A stretch of DNA of 63,865 nucleotides, the filler included. It is 10 parts of 10 records of this genome, joined end to end, with 100 filler letters (N's around TTAATTAATTAA, not from the genome) between each part and the next. Parts side by side here need not be neighbours in the genome. Positions count along the whole stretch, not along the records: positions 32,867 to 40,237 come from SRR15195285_1588; positions 40,338 to 55,923 come from SRR15195285_1589; 8 more parts are not named here. One strand, written 5' to 3'. Each line of letters begins with the position of its first letter. Position 1 is the stretch's first letter. The translations under genes were made by a program, and so were the position numbers. Positions 33,570 through 45,532 of this stretch are shown in pieces. The notes under the pieces are model-generated. The model saw only the letters and a list, made by a program, of their open reading frames with translations. It had not been told where the DNA came from and made no database searches.

Positions 33570-36500
33570 ATGGCGGACACTACTACGGCGATGATCAAAG
33601 GGGAAGAGTGGGAGGCAGCCGCAGCTGTGGAAGAGACGGATGCTTTCGAAGGGGAAGGGGGAGACTTCCCCAATATGCTGTTCGTGCCACAACGTCGCTC
33701 CGAACCGGTGGTCGAAGCTCGCGAGTTTGTGACGTTCATCTGCATGTTGATGCTGTTTAGTCACACTGTCATTGCGCAGCAGTTTGCGATCGACCAGCGC
33801 GTAAATGATGCTATGCAGTCTGTGGCGAACATCATATGCCTGCAGAAGATGAGCACCTTCGAGGACTACCAGCACTGCTGGCAAGACAGTGGTGGTATCT
33901 ACGACCAGCTGTCGTCCTGGACGGCGAGTGCCGAGACGTGCCTCGCAGAACAGGGACCCGTGGGTTTCGATCTCCAAGAACAGAAGGAGGCTGTGATGAT
34001 TGGCATCCCATTCATCTATCAGCAGCGACAGACCATTCCTGTCGGTCAAGGCGGCTTCAATGGCTCAGAAGCGTGCGCGTGGTCGCCGAATACGGACGCA
34101 CGCGGCGGTCTTTATGCATGCTACACTCATACCATCTCCAAGATTGCGACACAGGACTTCGGACCAACACAGGAGGTGTTCGCTCTAAGCAGCGAGCAAG
34201 CTCGGGGCGTGATGAATGGGACATTTGCCGGAAGGGACGCCGACGAATACTACGGGTGGTCCCCAAGCTCCTGGTTTTCGCGCGAGGAGACCGTGCGTCT
34301 CGGCCTCAACTACGTGATTTACCTACCTGGCATGAAACGCTTTGCGACGGCCCACATCACCGTTTACTTCGACGAGGCTGGGCAGGCCAAGCTAGAAACC
34401 AGAGATTTCTCAACTTACGCGCCTTTTGTACTGGACACGAACCGTTTTTCTGCCGTGCTTGAGATCGGGTTTTACGTGGTAAACGTGTACTATCTTTTCA
34501 TGGAGCTGATGGAGGTATGGGACTGCGTGTGTATGAGTGAGCTGCTGTTACCGTTCGAGGTCTTAACAGGTGCAATGACGCTATCGCTGCTCGAGATCCA
34601 GTACTTTCACGCCCGGACCAGTGAGGTGTACGACCCGCGCGATCCGAAGACGGGTGCGGCCTTCACATTTCCTGATGTAGACGATCTTGAGGAGCATCTG
34701 AACACCAAGATTAAGCCGGAGCAGAAAACTATAAAGCGGCTGCAAAAGTTGTTGAGAAAGGAGAAAGAGAAGATCATGGAGAAGGACGAGAATATCGAGC
34801 AGCAAGAGAAAGATGGTTTCATCGTGGAGATGGAAAAGCTGCAAATTGATCTGATGACTGCAGATGAGATACTGCACGCCGAAGAATTCGTGGCGGATAC
34901 CGCCGCCATTTTGCAGCTTGCTGTGATGTGGTGGAACAAATGGTCCATGGACTTTCCTCCCAATGCCCTTGCGCAGCTTGCAGATGACCCCACAGTAGAA
35001 GAAGATGGAAAAGATGCATTTCGCTCTATCAACTGGATTCAGATTGCAGAGCTATACATTGGATGGGTTGACACAGTTTGTTTGGGCAAAAATTCCAAGG
35101 TTCAGACTGATGGCAGGGCTCCAACAGCGAGGACCAATCGCTTCCTTAAAGAGGACCAATTTGGAAAGCAACAGATGACACACCAGCACAAACGGTTTGC
35201 ACAGTTGCAAAGATATGCAGACTACTTGCAAATGCTACGTGATGTGCTTTCACTGCACACCACACTTACGCAGGCAAGGGGAATCAAATATTGGAACGGC
35301 CCTAGGATTGACTTGTCCAATACGATCGAGCGATCTTTCCAGGGCATGATCCAAAAATACAACGAAACTGGCAAGACACTCAAGATGCAAATGGAGGATT
35401 TCCCAGATGAAATTCAGGCCGGCTTCCATGAGCCGAATCCAACGAAAGCAGAGACTATCAAAGTCCGAGCTGAGGCCATCCAAAGGGAGCTACAGGGAGC
35501 AATTAGCACCTGCGGCACACTAGGCTTCTATTTTCCAGGATCACCTATGTGGGAGCTACAGCGTAGGCTCAGGGAATGTGGCGAGTACGAGCGTTCAGAC
35601 TCTTTTTGGTTGTCACTCAGACCTTTGGCTACCATTCCAGGGGTCGGCTCAGGAACTGTAGATTACAACAGCCTGCAGATGTACCTCGACGCCGACCTGG
35701 TCGACAAAGACCCGCGTTTCCAGTCGACGCAGTATAGAGGCACGGCGGTTGGAAAGACAGAGCAGAAACGAAGCACGAAGCCCAAGAAGAAACGCATGAG
35801 CAGAGCAAAGAAGGACAACGAAGAGAGTCTGATGACGATGGTCAATCCAATGCAGCAGCTAGGTGACGACGGCAAGAGCAGCGAGTCTTCGAGCGATGAT
35901 AGTGATAACGATGAAGATGAAGGCACAGGCGTAGCCATTAAACCTAGTATAGCCGAAGAAATTTCAGGGAAGAAGAAAGCCGATGCAGAGATGATATTCA
36001 TCGGAACTCGTGGATGGCGCTCTTGGATCCCAGAATCTGCGAGGCATCTCGTGACATACGATGGTCAGTTCATGCCGAACAATACCAACGATATCAGCGG
36101 GTGTTGCAAGAGCAACAATTCTCTCTATATCGCCGGCCTCTGGTTCTACAACGGCCTCAAGATTTACCTCGACGACTATTGGAACTGCATGGAGCTCTGG
36201 CTTTACACGTTCTTCATGGTTGCCCTGTACTGCAAGGTACAGATGCTGCTCTCCGGTGACACGCTGAAGCAGGAGCTGATTGATGTACAGTCCGGTGTCA
36301 ACCCAGCCGGCGCTATGCCTACCATGCAGGGCGACTACCAGTTCTATAACAATCTTTACTTGTTTACAGTCATTCCGAACGCATTTATTATGTGGATAAA
36401 ACTCTTCAAGTGCACACTCCGTGTACAAACGCCTGCCAATTTTCTGTATGGCAGAATTGCTGATGTCGCAGGTATCTCTGATTGTTTTCACCCTCGTTAC

Positions 36501-37362
36501 ACGGAGCAGGTATGTTGATGTGGTGCCACAGATGGGAATGCTGATCGAAGTCTTGAAGCATGCAGGGATGCCAGTCTTGATCTTTTCGACTGTCGCCCTT
36601 ATCCCCGTCCTCGGCCTCGCCTTCGCTTACCATGCCGCATATGGCCAATACCTCCGGAACTACGAGACGGTCGGAGTTTCACTCAACACGTTGCTGCGGA
36701 TGCTAATCGGCGACTTCGACTTTGTGGAGCTTACTAAGTCTGGCAGCGCGATGGGATCGATCGTGGCTCTTCCACTATTCTGGCTGTCAACGCTGCTTCT
36801 AGTCTTCGTTTTCCTCAACATATTTGTGGCGATCATCTTAGGGTCGTACGACGCCATCCGAAGCGAGAACCCAGATGCAAACAACTCCTCTGAGTTCGTC
36901 TCAATGGTCATCATGCAGGCCAAACGCACAGCAAAACGGACCATCATGGCATCGAAAGACCAGGACGAGCAGTATGGTGAGCCGCATATTCTTCTCAGCC
37001 AGCTGGACGTCATTGAAGACGAAACCTTCTGGGACATCTTCGAAGGATACTTTAAGCCGGGCGGTCATGGGATCGACACCGTCATGAGCGAGCACGCTGC
37101 AGAGCTTGGGGGGCGAAAGAAGGCAGAGTCCATGCCTGTCGATAGCGACACGAACACAGCCAGAAGCGCTGTTGCAGGAGCAAAGCGAGGGAAGGCAGCG
37201 GCGGATACGATCGAGGAGCTTAGTAAGACTGTCTCAGTTATGCGCGAAGAGCAGCAAGTGCAGGCTCGCAGCATTGAGGCCATCCTTCAATCGCAGCAAA
37301 ACCTGGCCAGTCTCGTCAAGCAGCTTGCCTCTAGGACTGGTAGCTCAGGGGCATCCGATTAA
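33570..37362 (+). CDS. Polycystin-2 (TRPP/PKD2)-like cation channel with large S2-S3 insertion (intron 36410-36509)
   Basis: S1 FVTFICMLMLFSHTV, TOP-like ectodomain (IYQQR...NYVIYLPG..RFATAHITVYFDEAG), S2 LEIGFYVVNVYYLFMEL, S3 YLDDYWNCME, S4 WIKLFK|YV, S5 ...FAYHAAYG, pore LLRMLIGDFDF, S6 FVFLNIFVAIILGSY, C-terminal coiled coil. Confidence 0.88.
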
Positions 37363-37853
37363 GATCCCGTGCTGCCAGTCTGTACCTGCTGAGGGGTGAG
37401 GGGTATATCGCTTCTTCACGCACGCGTGTGGTTGGGTATCCGTAGCTATGTACAAGTTGACAAGCAGGGAATGCACATTTATGCGACCAGTAGTAGCTAG
37501 GCTCGCAGAACCACCACACCGCAGCACTGTGGGCCCTAGCTGGTTCCATGCTAGAAAGTTTGCGCCGTCGTCCACGTGCAGCCGGACGAAGAGGCGGATA
37601 CCCCATTGAAAAGTTCAACAGGCGTTGCTGTCGTCGGCTCGAACAGCAGCGGTGGGCGTTCGCGCAAGCAGCTCGGTGGTTGTTCCGTTATCCCACAGCA
37701 CAGATCCGTTGTAAATTGTGGTCGGGGACGAGTGCCATTCGAAGCTGTGCAACCAACCCAAATGCAGCCCATAACGACTCAAATGAAACTACTGAAAGAA
37801 ACTGGGAGTTGACGGGTTCATTGACCACACACACTCTGGGTCAAACGCTGCCC

Positions 37854-39969
37854 TCAGACGCTCGAATTCGTGAAGTTCTGTGGGATGAGCGTGAACACAA
37901 CATTGTTAGCACTCCATCGGGAAGGCACACCGCTGCCAGGGAGGACAGTTTCAAAGGCCAGTCCAATGTAGCCAGATTGCGGCACCTGCATCAGTAGACA
38001 GAGCACGAAGCAGAAAATACTGATTAGTAGCCAGTTGGGGTTGCAGCTACTTCGAGGAAAGGAGAAGGCTGCTGTTCTTAGTTGTCGTTCGGTCAGGCTT
38101 GCTCCAGAGATTCAGATCAAACACTCCAAGGCCTAGAACCAGCCACGTGGTCACACACCTTCGACAAACAGGAGTAGCTGTAGGCATTGTGGCCATTGAG
38201 CACTACAGAAGCCTCCCACGTTTTGCCCCCGTCCACACTACGACGCACGGTTCCAGACGCGCGGCCATCAGGCGGCGACTTGCTCTCTGTTGGTGTGCCG
38301 TGTCCCTAAGTCAAACACGTCAACGTGAGTGTCAACGGCCTGGTGCGGCAGCAGTGATGTCAACACTTAGGCTCATTGCTACCGGGTTTGCGTGAAACAT
38401 CGCTCCAGGCTCTCCACCATTTATCATCGTCGCCTGTCAATGTCAGCGACCGGAGGTCATTCAGTCACAGCAGAGGTCCTTCGCGTCAGATCAGGTGGGC
38501 TAATAAGACCCTATGGACGGTGGACCTGGGGGCGAGTGTATCTCGATCTGAAGCCGATGAATGCTTTGCACACCATGCACTCCGGCTCAACCAGCACTGG
38601 GTCGAAACCAAGCGGACCGAACGTATCACCACCATCCGTGCTGCGCACAGTCCCGCGGCAGTTGCATTTGCCGGGCCCATGGAAGATACCGTTGCGACCA
38701 GACCCCAAGATACCACCATCTGGCGTCTCCGCAAACCCTACTTCGCCAATACCAATCGTACAGAGCGGCCCGCCTGTGGCGTTCTTGGCAAAATGGTAGT
38801 GTTCACCATCGTCGCTGTACCAGAATTGTTGGCACCCGTTGACGTGCCCCGTGAAAACCAGGCGGTGCGGGTGAAACTTGTTGCTGGGTGAGAGCTGCAG
38901 CGCTGCGCCCGCAGAGGCCCCAATAGAGCCACCGCCATCTCCCGTGGGCGCACCAGGAATCGGCGCCCCGCAGCCTTTGATGGGGGCGGCGCCATGCACG
39001 ACTCCGTTCTGGCTGACGGTGAGGCAACGTGGTTCCGACCACGTCTCGCCTGCAAAGCAACAGAAACATCACACACATGTTAGCCACAGCATGCTCTGGC
39101 GCATGCACGATGTGGAGACTGGCTGGCGCAATCGAGTTCGGCCGCTTGCCTAAGTCGGTGGACTTGTACTCAAAGACCGCGCCACCACCGGGACAATCGG
39201 GGCAGGCCACAGACTTCGGTATGGTGGTGTAGTGCATAACTAAAACCTTGCGCAGATCATCCCACACTATTTTGCCGGTGTCTACGCCGCGCGCCACCAC
39301 GCGCAGCTTGCTCCATGTGACTCCCCCATCGTCGCTATGTTTTTGGCAGATCTTGCCCTCCTGGATCGGGTTACCGGGGGTGCCACGAGGCAGCCCACGC
39401 TCGTCCGGTGACTGGAGGGTGGCGGCACTAGCGGCGCGGGACTGCTGGACGTGCAGGCCGTTGCAGCTGTTTGCCTCAGTACCGCAGGAGCCGTGAGCGA
39501 TCAACCTAGTGTGATTTGCGAGGACGAGCGTCGGTATGTAGGCGCACTGGTAGACGGTACCGTTGGCATCCGTGTCGCCGGGCCAGAAGATGTTGCTGCT
39601 GGGAAAGCCGGCGGCGATGTGCGGGCGGGCCGGCGCTGGGTGTGGACCGACGTGCGGGGGTGGCGAGGGACCGAATCGCTGCTGCTAGCACCGACGACGC
39701 CAGCGGAGAGCCGCAATGTCCGCAGACAGCATGATAAAACAAATGATGAGTGATGAGCGTCAGTTTGACAATGCAGCACGATTCCAACGAGCGGTACGAC
39801 TGCAGGGTGCAGGGCTGTTTGGATCACAAACGGCATGGCTGCATGATCAAGAGCCACGTACGCGTGCAGGCGGCCCGGCTGTTTCCGGGTCGAGGATCAG
39901 CGTCGCACTCGCCGTCGCACTCGCCCAAATCGCCGTGAACCACAGACCTCGACAGACTCCTCCCATCAT
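37854..39969 (-). CDS. Secreted GH33 sialidase-like BNR/Asp-box beta-propeller, multiple introns
   Basis: Signal-like MMGGVCRGLWFTAIWASATA. Asp-boxes SDDGGVTW, STDLG|ETW, SDDGEHY, STDGGDTF, SVDGGKTW. Also GEVGFAE...GRN, LVEPEC, AYSYSCL and IGLAFE. Stop TGA at 37854-37856. Confidence 0.85.
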
Positions 39970-40237
39970 TTTGTGACTGCTAGAAATCACTCAATCACGC
40001 CATTCAGTGTATTAGGGATAGGCACGTGGTAGGCACAAACTGCTGCTGGTGCGCCACGTGCGTACAGTACGCCGCCGGCGCGAGTGCGCATCGTCTCTCG
40101 CGCTCTGCTCTACTAGAGTCAAGCAGCGAGTCAACTGGGGACGACCGGCGTCCCGGACGCGCGACACCGGCGCGCGCCGACCATGCGCACGCACCGGCGC
40201 CCGCGCGCATGGGGGTGCAGCACTGAAAAGAGGCCAG

Positions 40238-40337
40238 NNNNNNNNNNNNNNNNNNNNNNNNNNNNNNNNNNNNNNNNNNNNTTAATTAATTAANNNNNNN
40301 NNNNNNNNNNNNNNNNNNNNNNNNNNNNNNNNNNNNN
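40238..40337. other. Artificial contig-joining spacer
   Basis: N44-TTAATTAATTAA-N44. Confidence 0.98.
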
Positions 40338-40497
40338 GGCAAAACCCAGGGTCACCGGCCCGGGTGGATACATGTAGTGCACCGCGGTGCACGCGCGCGT
40401 TGAAGCGCGGCGATCAGAGGGAGCCATCTATATATCGATACTGCGTGGATCTAGCTGCTAGCAGTACGCGCCGGGCGCAGCCTAGCTACTCACCAGT

Positions 40498-43251
40498 ATG
40501 GCGGCGTGCTTCGTCCTGATGCTGGCCCTTGCAGCGAGCGCCCCTGCAGCAGCTGCTGGCAGCCCGCCCACACACCTCACGAGTGCCCAGCTGCTACAGT
40601 ACGTGCGATCCGTTTCGAACGCGACGCTCATTCCACAGTACTGCGATGCGAGCTCGTCCAGGGTCAAGTGGGACGTCGGCCACGCTTCAATGTGGGGGGA
40701 GTGCGCGGCGTTGCAGGCGCAGCTCTTTGTGCATAGTGGTGGCGACAAGGCTGCGGCCAACCACTTAGCCGCTGGCGCTGTCAGCGACATACGTAGACTC
40801 GTGGAGCAAGTGAATCAGACAAAAACAGCGGACTTCTTCACGTCACCGAGTCTGATGCTGGCCTTTGCAGCGCTGAAGCGCGCAGGGGTGCTCTCTGCGG
40901 CCGACGAGGCCGCTGTGCGCACATACGCGACCAAGACCTTCAAGCCCGCGGTCCCGGCCGACAGCAACAATCAGCACTACCAGCGCGCCGTTGGCCTGGA
41001 GCTTGCAGCCCAGGCATTTCCCGATGCACCGCAGGCAACAGTGTGGCAGGAGTATGCGGAGGATGTGTGGTCGCTTGTGGACGCGCTGGGCGACATCACT
41101 GAAGATGCACCGAACTACAATCGGATCGACCTAACCTACCTGTGGGTGCTTGCGGACTTACTCGGGAAGACCGAACGGCTGCGTGCCCCGAGCTTCCATG
41201 CCATGTTTGCTCGCTTCAGCGCCCAGGTATCGCCGAGTGGCGTCCTGCCTTCGTATGGCGACTCTGGCGCCAGCCAAAAGCTCACCACGCACAACTTCAG
41301 CAACGTACCTTGGAGCAACCCATGGGGAGGCTTTGTCGCGGGATTTGTGCGGGCGGCGTCCGAATGGCAAGACGCTGAACTGTCAGATACGGCATCACTG
41401 ATGTTCGCGAGTGGAGTGTCGTCGCAACCACTTGGCGGAGTTTATGGCGATGTCTCCGAAATGTTTCGACTAGCCCTCGCTATTGACTGGTTCAACCGCC
41501 AACCTGTTCGGTCTATGGCATCAGTTCCGCGTAGCACGAGGGTGGACGCAGCGCCGAGCGCTGTGCTCACGCGCCCAGATTCCAACGGAGTGGACAGGTT
41601 TGACAAGGTGGTGCTGCGCTCGAACAACCGATCGGACACTGGCGGCGCTTTTCTGTTGTCAGATCTTTTTGCTTCAGAAGTGCCGGTGCCTCCGCACGCC
41701 CACGAGAACCAGCATGGGCAGGTGAACTGGTTTGAGTATGCAGGAGTTCCTTTGGTCAGCTCTTTGGGCTACGACAACAGAGGTCCAGCTGACACAAACC
41801 TACTGCTGCTACGCAGAGCTAACAGCAGCTTTCCTCACAGAATTCCTAAGTTTGACGCTAACACGTGGGAACACGCTACGCTACCGACACGACGAATGGG
41901 CTCTGGTCGCGTTTCCATTTCACAGCTGACTCTGCGCATTGAGTGGGACGGGAAGCCGATATCTTTCTCCGCTGCCGAATTCTCACTGCACGGACCGTCT
42001 GGGAAGCGAGCGTTGAATCTATTTGACGATCCAGCTATGTGGCAGTATCCTAGGGGAGCATCAGTGTCGAAGCAAAACGTCTCACTTCCGGGTGACGACG
42101 GCAGGAGAAGTGTCAGTGCGTTGGTATGGTCACTACCCTCTGGTAAATCTGGGCAAGCTGGTGCACAGTTTATCGTTCACAGGATGGAGCAACCACTGAC
42201 GTTTCAGGCGGAGGACTTCCCTGAGATTCATGTTGATTGGCGAATCAGCAGTAACTCTGATGTGACGCGAACTTTCATCCTTCGTGTTGCATCCTCCCCC
42301 AATGCAGTAGACTATCACGCGTCAGAGCTCAACCTTGCACCGATACTGCAAAGCGCCACGGTGGACACGACTGGAGACGATGCTGTTGCACAATTGGCTT
42401 ACACGCAGTGGTTTGGCTATGACATGTCGCTTAATCGATCGATGATCCTTGCAGGTCCAGAGGGCGTGTTGTTGGTGCGGGATGTTCTAGACATCGGGAC
42501 GGCAGCTGTGGAAACTGGCATGCAAGCTGGACCCATCTGGCATTTTGGACCAGTGGCACAACCCGTTGTTGGCGGCAGTGACGCACGTGGTGCTCTCAGC
42601 AGCAGTGGTGGTAGCTCTGACAAGTGGGTCTTGAGCCAGAACGCCAGCGTAAACTTGTGCGTGGTTTTCAACTACAAGCATGATGCTGGTCGTTCAGATG
42701 GGCGAGTGCCTATGATTCCTGCTACATCGGACCTACAAGTTGGTTTTCAGACCGCTGACGTGTGGAGCAAATCCGGGCAGCAGAGCGCCTATGCGAACAC
42801 AAAACTGCTGTCGGCAGGTCGACACTCCTTCGTTTCCTTGCTTGTGCCGGTTCGCGTCTCTGACTTGCCATCACAGCACACATACGGGTTTACAGAGGAT
42901 CGTATACTGCGGAGCTTTGAGACAGATCTTGTGCAAACAGCGACCGGTGTCGTCGCAACTGTCAGATGGCCCCGCAGCATGTGCGTTTCGAGCAGCACAT
43001 ACTGTGGAACTACTGTCGAAATTGCATTGAACGACACAATCGTTGGCGGTTGTGGAAGTGCGCTGCAGCGTGCGTGCGCGATGCAGCGCACTGATGTGTT
43101 GAACTGTGCGCAGTGCACGGGTGGCCACCAGTCGTCGTTGCACAAGGCAGGCTGCGACAATAGCGATATCGCGACCTGGTGCAGATCGAGCAATGACCTT
43201 TGGCTCGTGAAGCGGAGGCCGCTCGCTCCAATTGCCCACACCCCACCGTGA
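40498..43251 (+). CDS. Secreted heparinase II/III-like (polysaccharide lyase-like) protein with C-terminal Cys-rich module (intronless)
   Basis: Signal peptide, helical N-half with NNQ and EDAPNYN, SPSGVLPSYGDS, HAHENQ...FEYAG..LV..LGY, beta-rich C-half with NRSMIL...LLVRDVL. Confidence 0.7.
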   Translation: MAACFVLMLALAASAPAAAAGSPPTHLTSAQLLQYVRSVSNATLIPQYCDASSSRVKWDVGHASMWGECAALQAQLFVHSGGDKAAANHLAAGAVSDIRRLVEQVNQTKTADFFTSPSLMLAFAALKRAGVLSAADEAAVRTYATKTFKPAVPADSNNQHYQRAVGLELAAQAFPDAPQATVWQEYAEDVWSLVDALGDITEDAPNYNRIDLTYLWVLADLLGKTERLRAPSFHAMFARFSAQVSPSGVLPSYGDSGASQKLTTHNFSNVPWSNPWGGFVAGFVRAASEWQDAELSDTASLMFASGVSSQPLGGVYGDVSEMFRLALAIDWFNRQPVRSMASVPRSTRVDAAPSAVLTRPDSNGVDRFDKVVLRSNNRSDTGGAFLLSDLFASEVPVPPHAHENQHGQVNWFEYAGVPLVSSLGYDNRGPADTNLLLLRRANSSFPHRIPKFDANTWEHATLPTRRMGSGRVSISQLTLRIEWDGKPISFSAAEFSLHGPSGKRALNLFDDPAMWQYPRGASVSKQNVSLPGDDGRRSVSALVWSLPSGKSGQAGAQFIVHRMEQPLTFQAEDFPEIHVDWRISSNSDVTRTFILRVASSPNAVDYHASELNLAPILQSATVDTTGDDAVAQLAYTQWFGYDMSLNRSMILAGPEGVLLVRDVLDIGTAAVETGMQAGPIWHFGPVAQPVVGGSDARGALSSSGGSSDKWVLSQNASVNLCVVFNYKHDAGRSDGRVPMIPATSDLQVGFQTADVWSKSGQQSAYANTKLLSAGRHSFVSLLVPVRVSDLPSQHTYGFTEDRILRSFETDLVQTATGVVATVRWPRSMCVSSSTYCGTTVEIALNDTIVGGCGSALQRACAMQRTDVLNCAQCTGGHQSSLHKAGCDNSDIATWCRSSNDLWLVKRRPLAPIAHTPP

Positions 43252-43407
43252 CGATTTGCAAGTTTGCGCGTGTGCGTGTGCATAACGGCTGTACAATTAT
43301 CAATAGTCCATTACTCTACTAGTGTGCATACGTGTAAAGTATGATTGTGATATGAGCATCTATACATGACGCGCCGACTTGTGCTCGGTGCCACTGCATC
43401 GATGTAG

Positions 43408-45034
43408 TTATCTGCCACCGCCCACACCGAACGCCGACTGTGCCCCACGTGCGAATTCCAGCACCTGAGGACCATGCGGCGCGTGACCACCGCCACCTTC
43501 CGCGAGGGATGCAAGGAGGGTTGGGGGCGCTGTCTCGAGAGTGTAGCCGGGGACCCAACTCCCGAGAGACTGTCGCTTTGTGTTATCAGCCAATGCATTG
43601 AATCGTTGCCTGCAAAACGACTGCATGCCGTACGCCTTGTGCAGCATACCAATCCAGCAGAGAGCCGGGATGTGAACTCCCGCGGATGATCTGTCAAAGC
43701 AGTCGGGAATGCCGTGCCACCAACTACGTTCAAAACTTTCATCGATTCCAGCACACCTGTACCGCACGCACAGGTCAAATGATCTCAGCCGAATGTAGCG
43801 ATCGTGGCACAGTATAATCACTGATCATAGCACAGTTTGCACACGAACCTTCGCAGTGCGGTAAGCTTCGCCTCGATGGGCGGCACTATCTCATCCACCT
43901 TATTGTACATCTCCGCAGCAGCAAAGTGCTCATCCCAATCGGACGCTTTGGCGGCCCCGACGGAGACAGTAGAGACTGCATTGCATACCTCACCATCTGC
44001 ACCGACTGCACGCCGCGACCAGAGCCAGTGGGATGCGTATTGTATTGGATGCACTGGGGCGCAGGCTTCGAGCAGAGGGCGCGGAGGGTCATACACCCGT
44101 CCACCCTTGTCAAATGGGCTGATGATGAAAACGCCCATGCCCCGAGCGCACGCAGCAGCGACAGCGGCACCATTGCCTCCGTCAGGGACTGGCACCCCGT
44201 CCACGCCAGCACAGCCGACGGCGCCGACCGGAGCGGTCCCACTGCTTGTGTAACTCCCCACGAAATGATAGTGCTGCAATTGCACAGCAGCACACATGAA
44301 AAATGCTATGTTTTAGCCAGGCTCAGGCACACGGTAGGCCAACCGTAGCTCCGTGGCGCTGGCACTGCACGCACGAGATTGACGTAATCAAACGCGCCAC
44401 TCTCGATTGCAGCGAGGATGACAGGAGTGGGTGCGTGCGTCGAGAAACCGATATGACGAATCTTCCCCTCCTTCTGCAGCTGCCGGACGACCTCTAAACA
44501 GCCACCCTTGCGCAGGATGTAATCGAGTTCTGTCGCACGGTTCACGCCGTGGAAGGCAAACAGGTCCAAATAGTCGGTCTGCAGATTGGCCATCGACGAC
44601 GCGATTTCCGATCGGAACTTCTTCGGGTCGCGCTTTGGGGCAACCTTCGTCTGCAGGATGAAGGATTCGCGTGGATAGCGGCGGAGCGTGCGACCGAAGT
44701 CCTTCTCGGAGCGCCCACCCATGTACATGCGGGCTGTCTCAAAGTGGTTGACACCGAATGCCATCGCCCGATCGACAACTGCGTCCAGTGCGGCGGTCGA
44801 GTCGTGACGCATTCCACCGCACGACAGCACCGGCATCTCCAGCCCGGTCGAGCCAAACGGACGGGTCGGACACCGTGCTCCCCCTCCTGCAGCGGCACTC
44901 GTCATCGCGGAGGCTTCGTCGTGGGGGCGGGTGTACGCACTCGCCCAGCACCCGCCGTCGCCGCTCCGCTCTCGCGCGCTCCGGGGCGCCTTGCTGCTTG
45001 CTACGCGCCTTATACGCGCTGCGCTGCGCAGCAT
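43408..45034 (-). CDS. Aldo/keto reductase of the bacterial COG1453-like type, 2 introns, possible organellar transit peptide
   Basis: RPFGSTGLEMPVLSCGGMR, GVNHFETARMY..SE, ILQTKV, LQTDYLDLFAFHG, GKIRHIGFSTH, FDYVNL|HYHF, MGVFIISPFDKGG, SVGAAKASDWDEH, WVPG. Alternative start at 44905. Confidence 0.9.
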
Positions 45035-45532
45035 GCGCACGCTATACTATGAATAAATAGTACGCGGCTGCACGCGCCTGATCTGCGTGGATTGTTGTGC
45101 GAGCGCCTCATCCTCAAATCCGCCCGCGGACGTCCATGATGTTTTCAGTATATTTCAATTCATGCTCGTACTAGTACACAAGAAGACCGAAGATGTATTC
45201 TCTGCCTCACGTAGGTCCTGTATTGTTGGTCAATTGTGTATCGAATGACGCTGCTGTACAGCTGTAGCTACTCGGGCGGGGGTGGGATTCCAACTAGCAG
45301 ATTTGTGATGCATTGTGAACAATTGAGAATTGTAGTTCGAGTAATCCACATATTTGCAGGCGTCTCTCCAGGATTACCTTGTACAATGGAAAGAACGGGA
45401 ATTGCGGGCTGGGAATTTGCCCCACGGATGGCGGTTCGCTCCGTTTAGTGCGTGGCATAAAATTCATGTTCAATCTTTGCCCACGGGTGGCACTAGCTAG
45501 CCCACAGCACCACGTAAAGCACAGTGTTTAGC

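Noticed and set aside
40498-43251. Bacterial contamination as the explanation for the intronless heparinase-like gene
   Set aside because: The same contig carries intron-containing genes including eukaryotic RPN2, with similar composition.
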